From Amoebidium appalachense (Eukaryota > Protista > Ichthyosporea): a stretch of DNA of 64,000 nt. Of the stretch, positions 57,263 to 64,000 are shown piece by piece. Below the pieces are notes generated by a model, which was not told the DNA's origin, made no database searches, and saw nothing but the letters and a program-made list of their open reading frames with translations. The stretch covers positions 4,514,208 to 4,578,207 of the forward strand of contig CAVNZM010000017.1 of NCBI GenBank assembly GCA_963693365.1, given 5' to 3'. Within the stretch, counting starts at the first letter, position 1; every line of letters starts with the position of its first letter. Both the position numbers and the translations under genes were made by a program.

Positions 57263-57377
57263 GAAATTTTTACACTAAAAGCAAGGGATATATCCCGTTC
57301 CGCCAGGATATATCGTGTCCCGAAAGATATTTAATATGATATATCATTTTTTTGGTCCATCCCCTGAATATCTTTAT

Positions 57378-57840
57378 CTTTTTTTGACTGGATTTATTCG
57401 ACGGATTGTTGAAAGATATGCAAACTATGCACGGCATACTGAGAAGACAATAAAAACTTCACGAGTTATCCGGTAACAAGTGCATACTGAGATACCTGAA
57501 CACTGTGACACTGTGAAAATCATATATTAAATACTCAATGTGACGACCAACAGAATTCAACAAAAAGTCTAAAGCGGTCACATTGCCAGCCAGTGTAGCA
57601 GACACCCGTAGGGAAAGAGGTAAAACGCGACATAAAAACTCACACCTATCAACATGCTTGCGATTAAAAAGTTCAGCACAAAAGTGGCACCAGCGGCGAA
57701 TGGAAACAAAAATTACAACGCCACTGGACAACTTCCCAGGCAATATCAACATCAGAGCACCATACAGACTTATCTACTAGGATGGTATCCATACGTACAG
57801 CAGGAGAAATATATCAGATTCCTGCCAAAGCTCCCAAAAA
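57378..57840 (-). mobile_element. LINE 3'-end fragment (family D)
   Basis: Near-identical to 54815-55260; same CCHC motif and AATAAATCCAGTC-A tail. Confidence 0.75.
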
Positions 57841-58199
57841 GCGATGATAATGATCAGTACGGTGTTGCCTAAGGAACATAAGGTTTTACCTTTGATTTCT
57901 CTATCGGAACGAGACAGAAACTTATACTGCGTATGGCAATAACGCGAAAAGGCAGAAAAAACAGGAAGAGAAAAGAAAGAGGGAGTGAGATAGCGAGAGG
58001 AAGAATCAGGTTGAAAGAGGGTAGGCTGAGGACATTCAGAAGTAGCGTAACGGTTGGTGAATCGGGGGGAAGACTCGGATGGAGGGAGGGGGGGGAAAGA
58101 AAGCATAAAGAGGGTGACCATCAGGTATCCTAACTAAATGAAAACAAAAACGAAGAGACAATTCCTCCATACGACAACAGCAGACGACAATCCAAACAT

Positions 58200-59197
58200 A
58201 CTGATTAAGGGAGGCACAAACCGAGTACGAAACAAAGTGCGCAGCGCAGTACCCTGAAAATCGTCGAACTCTTTCAGCGCCACGGCCGCCTCGCGAGGTG
58301 GGGCACAGGCCAAGGGCGGAAGTCCATATTCGAAAGTCGGCCGTAAAAAAGTTTTATAGAAGAGAAGAAGGTTCGCAGGATGGATCACAGACTCACGTTG
58401 AAACATATTTGACACGATGTGAAGCTTACCCTTTGCACGAGCGATCCGTGCCGTGAGGCCCATGCGGAAATCAATACCCCGTGCAGTAAAAGGAATACCC
58501 AAATAGTCCTATTTAATTTAGGTGCTCTGAACAGGAATAGGAAAACCGGCCATTCGAAAGGAAGCTTTTTTCGAAAAGTAGCACACTTTGCAATTCCGAC
58601 TGTCATGAGATTCTCGGTGCACTATTGATCCACCTGACGAAGCATGACATCTTCGGTTAAGGAACAAAGAACAATATCGTCCGCAAAAAGGAGACTCGGT
58701 ACACGGCGGGTATGCAGTTGGCCAAAGGGTTCGAGGGCGCAGGCTAAATCGTCAATGAAAACGTCAAACAACAACGGACTCAGGAGGGACCCCTGCAGAA
58801 GACCCCGAGAACGGGAAAAACCGGGCGTTAATGTTCCATTGACCGCCGCTCGTCCGCGAGTGGTATCGAACAGCGCTTGCAGAAGACGGCCAAAGGGGGC
58901 TGGTAAGCCCCGCATAGCCAGCTTATGCCATAACAAACCAGTGGGTACGGTGTCGTAGGCGTTCTTAAGGTCGATGAAGACAACGTGCGGAGAGCCAGAA
59001 GTAATGGATAGATGGAGTAACAGGCTGTGGGTATAACACGAATAGGCATGACGAAAGCCCCCGTGAAGGGAAGAAAGACGGAACACGGCGTTTAAAGAAT
59101 CGTCGGTGTTAAACGCGCGAAGCATGCAACCCTCGAAGAGCCGACGAAAAACGTTGGTAAGTGTGACGGGACGAAAGTCGTTAATGACCCCCTGCAT
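58200..59197 (-). pseudogene. Non-LTR retrotransposon (LINE) reverse transcriptase, disrupted
   Basis: NDFRPVTL, GFR, FIDLKNAYDTV, RGLLQGSLLSPLLF, LFADDI, GIPF and YKTFLRPTFEYGL motifs; stop at 58622 and frameshifts. Confidence 0.93.
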
Positions 59198-59434
59198 GAT
59201 CGGATACCTTCTTACGAACGGGCGTAAGGATAATAATCATTGTGTCAAGCCACGAATTTGGAATAAACCCGCGTTCGAAAAAAGCCAAAAAAAACTCACT
59301 AAGAAGGACATCAAAAGGAATATCGTTTAATATATCCTGCCTAGCCCCTGAATATCACGAGATATATCATACATCGAATCTGCCCCTGAATATCAAAAGA
59401 TATGCGTTTATATGATTTTCAAACAGTGTTCAGG

Positions 59435-60070
59435 TGTCGTATCCTAATGTATATGTACTAGAGACGCGGCACTCTACTAAGTGTACACACACGAAAAGGA
59501 ACGAACGTGTACGGAAAAACGGTAAAGTTTATTCAGACCAGGCTCCGACGGGCAAACTTAGATCCGTACGGAATGAGACTAAGTTACAACTGAGGCCATC
59601 AAGGCCGTGCCCTCAAAGATCATCATCACCTGGCCCCCCTACGATGCCACATTCCAAACATTCCGATCTACTTTTATCGTGCGCCTGCACGAGCTAAGTC
59701 GATCTACTCAACTAATATATTTATCCATGTCTCACCCCTCACCCTCCCCCTAGTGGCACCGCAGAGTCTAAATCTACATTTCATACTATCCTCCCCCCCC
59801 CCTCCCTCCCCCCCTTTCCTCTACATCTAAATATATAAATACGTTTGGCAACATACACTATCAAACCTTGCCAATACTTACAAAAGGGCTTCTGCCCGAA
59901 CAATCACATTCCTAAGTCCTCCTACGATCTATCCTACACACTAATTAGAATTCTATTGGTCGGCTGTCCCGGCTGACGTGGTCCAATGCCCTGCGCCGGC
60001 AGAGGCAAGATGCACGCAGCTGTACAGCTATCTTGAGGCCCCGGACTTGATCTTGATGATCTGTGGACCC

Positions 60071-60104
<34 letters not shown>

Positions 60105-60155
60105 ATCTCGATCGTAGACTTAGGCTAATCTGCTGAGACGGATTAGTATATGTCA
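59435..60155. mobile_element. Solo LTR, 721 bp, inserted in a LINE fragment
   Basis: TGTCGTATCCTAAT...ATTAGTATATGTCA (imperfect terminal IR); 5-bp TSD TCAGG (59430-59434 and 60156-60160). The empty site GTGTTCAGGTATCTCAG is seen in the paralogous D copies. Confidence 0.92.
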
Positions 60156-60355
60156 TCAGGTATCTCAGTATGCACTTGTTACTGGATAACTCGTGAAGTG
60201 TTTATTGTCTTCTCAGTATGCCGTGCATACTTGCATATCTTTCCGTCGAATAATTCCAGTCAAAAAAGGAAGAAAAAAAAATTTTTTTTTGCAGGCGCCA
60301 GCTCTGCTAAGGCCAATTCTTCAAAAATTGATTGATCTAACCTCGAAAAAATTTC

Positions 60356-61425
60356 TTTTGACTCGGGTTTATTGATCCGTTGATGAAGGCAACGTGCAGC
60401 CACAGGCTACATAACCACCAATCGAACTGAAAAAGCCAAAGCTACGAAATAAAAATAAAGCGACAAGTGACAAAGGACACCAGCGGGCAAAACCGTAAGT
60501 GTACATGTATGCGTGAAACTAGTTTGCTTTAACTAGTCATATGCATCGATGTTGACCAGACCACACACTGCAAGAAGACATCATTACTGCTCCTTCCCAA
60601 CAGGCCCCCCTCAAAACCTATCGAGGCACAGCAAGCAAGTCAGCCTCTAAAAGAGCAATGCAGACTAAATCTGAGCTAAAACAATCCCAACGAACCCGGC
60701 CCCTAGATAACCCGGAGAAACTGCATCTAGCTCTCTGATAAGGTGGCCTAGTTGTGGCAGGACACACAGAAAACACAATTACAGAATGCATGCAAGCAAA
60801 CCCGGTCATTGCCATACGACTGGAAGCTAAGGACTGGCAGTCACTTGGAAAGCTCCCCGACGACCAAGTAGCCGCCCCTCCACTCACGCGGCGCAGAAGT
60901 AGCTGAAGAAGTTGCAGCAGCCCACCGCCAATAGGTCGCGTAGAAGCGTAGACAGCGTGTAGAAGTTACCATAGATTGCAGTGGACCACCAGGCGTTGAA
61001 GAAACCACTGCTCAAGCGAAAAATCCGCGAAAGGGAGATGCCCCCATACTCTCACAGCAGTAGGAATACACCAGGCCACACCACACACACGCTGCAGTCA
61101 CGTTCCCCTGAGTGAGACTCCCTCCCACCACAAAAAGAAGAAACGAAAGCCTTTATATACCTGCCATGGTGAAGAATCGGGAAAAAAAGTTGACGTGACA
61201 GCTAAGAGATCGAAGTGAAAGTGAAGTCCCACAAAAAGAAGAAACGAAAGCCTTTATATACCTGCCATGGTGAAGAATCGGGAAAAAAAGTTGACGTGAC
61301 AGCCAAGAGATCAAAGTGAAAGTGAAGTCCCCACAAAAAGAAGAAACGAAAGCCTTTTTATATACCTGCCATGGTGAAGAATCGAAAAAAAAAAAGTTGA
61401 CGTGACAGCTAAGAGATCGAAGTGA
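60356..61425 (-). mobile_element. SINE-like family C copy with a triplicated 5' end
   Basis: Homologous to 23082-24282; an about 100-bp unit CACAAAAAGAAGAAACGAAAGCC...GATCGAAGTGA occurs three times in 61129-61425. Confidence 0.8.
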
Positions 61426-61805
61426 CAGTGACTCGAAAAATTAGGGACAATTTCCTGACTTTCAAGGGCAAATTTCTGGCCTTTGGACGCGGCCGCGGCC
61501 GGGCGAAACCGAACGGTTTTTTGTGAAGAGACACTGTGCCGAGCCGGACATGTGTGTGTGTGTCTGTGTGTGTGTGTGTGTCTATGTGTGCGTGTGTGTT
61601 TTTGTGTATGTGTGTGTATAGTGCTTACGGGGAGTCTTCTATCCGAGCCCAGGACCACCGTCACGCACAGAAGGCCATGTGTTGGTTACGCTCTTCAGTA
61701 CTCTTTTCATGTGCCCCCTTTTCCCTGTGTGTGACGTACATGATTTGCGTGTAGTTTTGTGTATGTGGGCGTCACTTCTGTGTTTGTGTCACAGTGTGTG
61801 TGTGT

Positions 61806-61841
<36 letters not shown>

Positions 61842-62777
61842 GTGTGCGTGTGTGTGCGTGCGTGTGCGTGCGTGTGCGTGCGTGCGTGTGCGTGTGTGCT
61901 TGCGTGTGCGTGCGTGCGTCCGTATGTATGTGCGTGTGCACGGTGTGTGTGTGTGTGTGTAACGCTGTGCGTATAGTATATATCAGTGTCAGTGTGCACG
62001 TGTGTGGGAGTGTCACGTGTGCTTGTGTGATAGCAGCCCCCTGATGCACTGATGTGTCCGACTGTGTGTAGGTGAGGTGGGGAGGTGCACCGTAAGGGGT
62101 TGGGAAGGACGGGAAACTTGTTTTGTATCTTCCACAGGTATTATAAATCATGGGGTTGTGAACAGGTGGTGCCGGACTTTCAACGGTGAAGTAAAAGTGT
62201 GTTTTTGGAACTGCCAGTGAACAACTTGAAACAGGAACAAAAATGCCCAAGTTGGCAAGGCGCTTTCAGCAAAGACCAGAAAACGAGGTTCAACTCAGTA
62301 CCGGCCCCGGGTGGCCTTTTTTTTTTTCTTCTTTAAAAGGATTCTTGAGTTGCCAAGTGAACTTCATGATCCGGTGACCTGTACGATTTGTTTCAGCCAC
62401 AAGATGATCTGCTTGAACATTTGCCTCTAACTTTGAGACCAGCACTTTTTCTACTATATATACCTGAAGTTATGTTCTTTAGCTTATCGGATATTCCCAA
62501 TATTAGACCAGCATATATATGTACGTTGTATCACAGTCCCGGGCACTGTGTCAGGCCCGTGCCAAAAGGAAATCTAGAGAGTGATGTTGGTACGAAGAAT
62601 TGACAACCAAACTTTAAAGGTACCTTTTCTAGCTCAAGTCTAGCTTCCCGCTCAGATACCCTCCCTTCCTCTCTCTCGAGTCTCTCTCTCCCTCCCTCCC
62701 TCCCTCCCTCCCTCCCTCCCTCCCCCCCCCCCCCCCCCCCTCCCTCCCCCCTCCCCCCCTCCCCTCCCCCCCCCCCC

Positions 62778-63700
62778 TGTTGGAAGTAGAGTCTGCTGTG
62801 ACTAGGGTCGTCGTGGCGCGCTTGGGCGCTGACCCGTTTTTTTACTGCTTTCAGTGTGTTAACTCCATGACTGCACTCCATGACTGAACTCCATGACTGA
62901 ACTCCATGTCTGCACCTGGCAGAGACGTGGCTTATATACCCGTGGGGCAGCAGTCTGGAATGTAATCCGGATGCCAGGCGCTAATCGGATTGGTTACTTT
63001 CATTTAGAGATCTCTGGGACCAGTGAACCAATCGTTTGCAGTCAAAACACAATTGGCAACATTCCTCAACTATGCAGATGTGCATGTGGTGATTGAGTGT
63101 CAGCGTGTGTCTGTGTACACGGAACCAATTGTAAAGCTAACATACACATATTGTGGAGTGAGCGTAAGTCTGCACTCCAACACCCCTACCCAATTGGAGA
63201 AGTGTACACACCACTAGAGAAGAGAGAGTGAGTGTGGCTGCTTGCAGGATAGACCGGGGTGTGCATTCCACTGTGGTGCGTGCCCCGCCAATGAAGTGGA
63301 ATACTTGACGTTGATGTCGCAGGCTGCTGCGGATGGAGTTTGTGGAAGCGAAAGTCTCTACTTCACGGAAATACGCTCGCGGGTGTAGGGTACAGCCTAG
63401 AAGTCGGTTTCTGGCACCTCCGTTCAAGGCGTCGTAGGGGACGTGAAGTTAGAGGCCGCGGTGTCGTGTCTGGGCCCATAACCCTGTTGGAAGTAGAGTC
63501 TGCTGTGACTAGGGTCGTCGTGGCGCGCTTGGGCGCTGACCCGTTTTTTTACTGCTTTCAGTGTGTTAACTCCATGACTGAACTCCATGTCTTTACTCCA
63601 TGTCTGCACCTGGCAGAGACGTGGCTTATATACCCGTGGGGCAGCAGTCTGGAATGTAATCCGGATGCCAGGCGCTAATCGGATTGGTTACTTTCATTTA
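62778..63700 (-). mobile_element. Copia-type miniature (deleted) LTR retroelement
   Basis: 3' LTR 63182-62778 (TGTTGGAG...TTCCAACA); PPT GGTAGGGG at 63190-63183; PBS GGTTATGGGCCCAG at about 63483-63470 (half-tRNA-iMet type, as in Drosophila copia); 5' LTR 63700-63485, truncated; degenerate RNase H motif DINVKY/HFI in the interior. Confidence 0.88.
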
Positions 63701-64000
63701 CATCAGCAAACTTCATCCGGCATCCGAAACCCATTAAAAACCCATTAAAGATATCATAAACCCATAAACCCATCTTTTTGCCACTCTTTATCCCCCTCTT
63801 GTCTTTTAGATAACATAACAGCATCGTTTTGCTATCACGGGTTTTTCTGGATATCATTTTGGTATCTTTTGCTAGATATCAAAATGATCTCATAATGGGC
63901 TCATACGGAGCACCCTGAACCCATCGTTGTTCTATCCTGTGTTCCATGTATTCAACAACCTCGTTATATCCGTATGATACCATTATGATAGTCTATTTGA

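Overview
Eukaryotic, intron-rich DNA, probably from an opisthokont (inferred from a UBR3-like ligase and a class C-like 7TM gene). Introns are saturated with poly-C/poly-G runs and (CA)n/(CT)n microsatellites, so almost all listed ORFs are artefacts. Genes reconstructed by hand from GT-AG exons: the 3' part of a UBR3-like E3 ligase (+, ends 13796); a frameshifted LRR gene (-, about 17.2-17.8 kb); a multi-exon PHD-finger gene (-, 43286-26925); and a class C/GABA-B-like 7TM gene (-, 52877-50548). Mobile DNA: a hAT MITE with an 8-bp TSD; other TIR elements; an intact TRIM with identical LTRs; a copia-derived mini element; a solo LTR; a decayed LINE RT with 3'-end fragments; and a SINE-like family sharing the LINE 3' motif. 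The most unusual signal is an intronic repeat family (about 12 copies, two subfamilies). It has a fixed 3' end running into C(n), sometimes C(n)A(n), variable 5' truncation and a covarying pseudoknot-like fold. It may be a retroposon that targets or seeds the poly-C tracts. All alignments and folds were done by eye; no database search was run.
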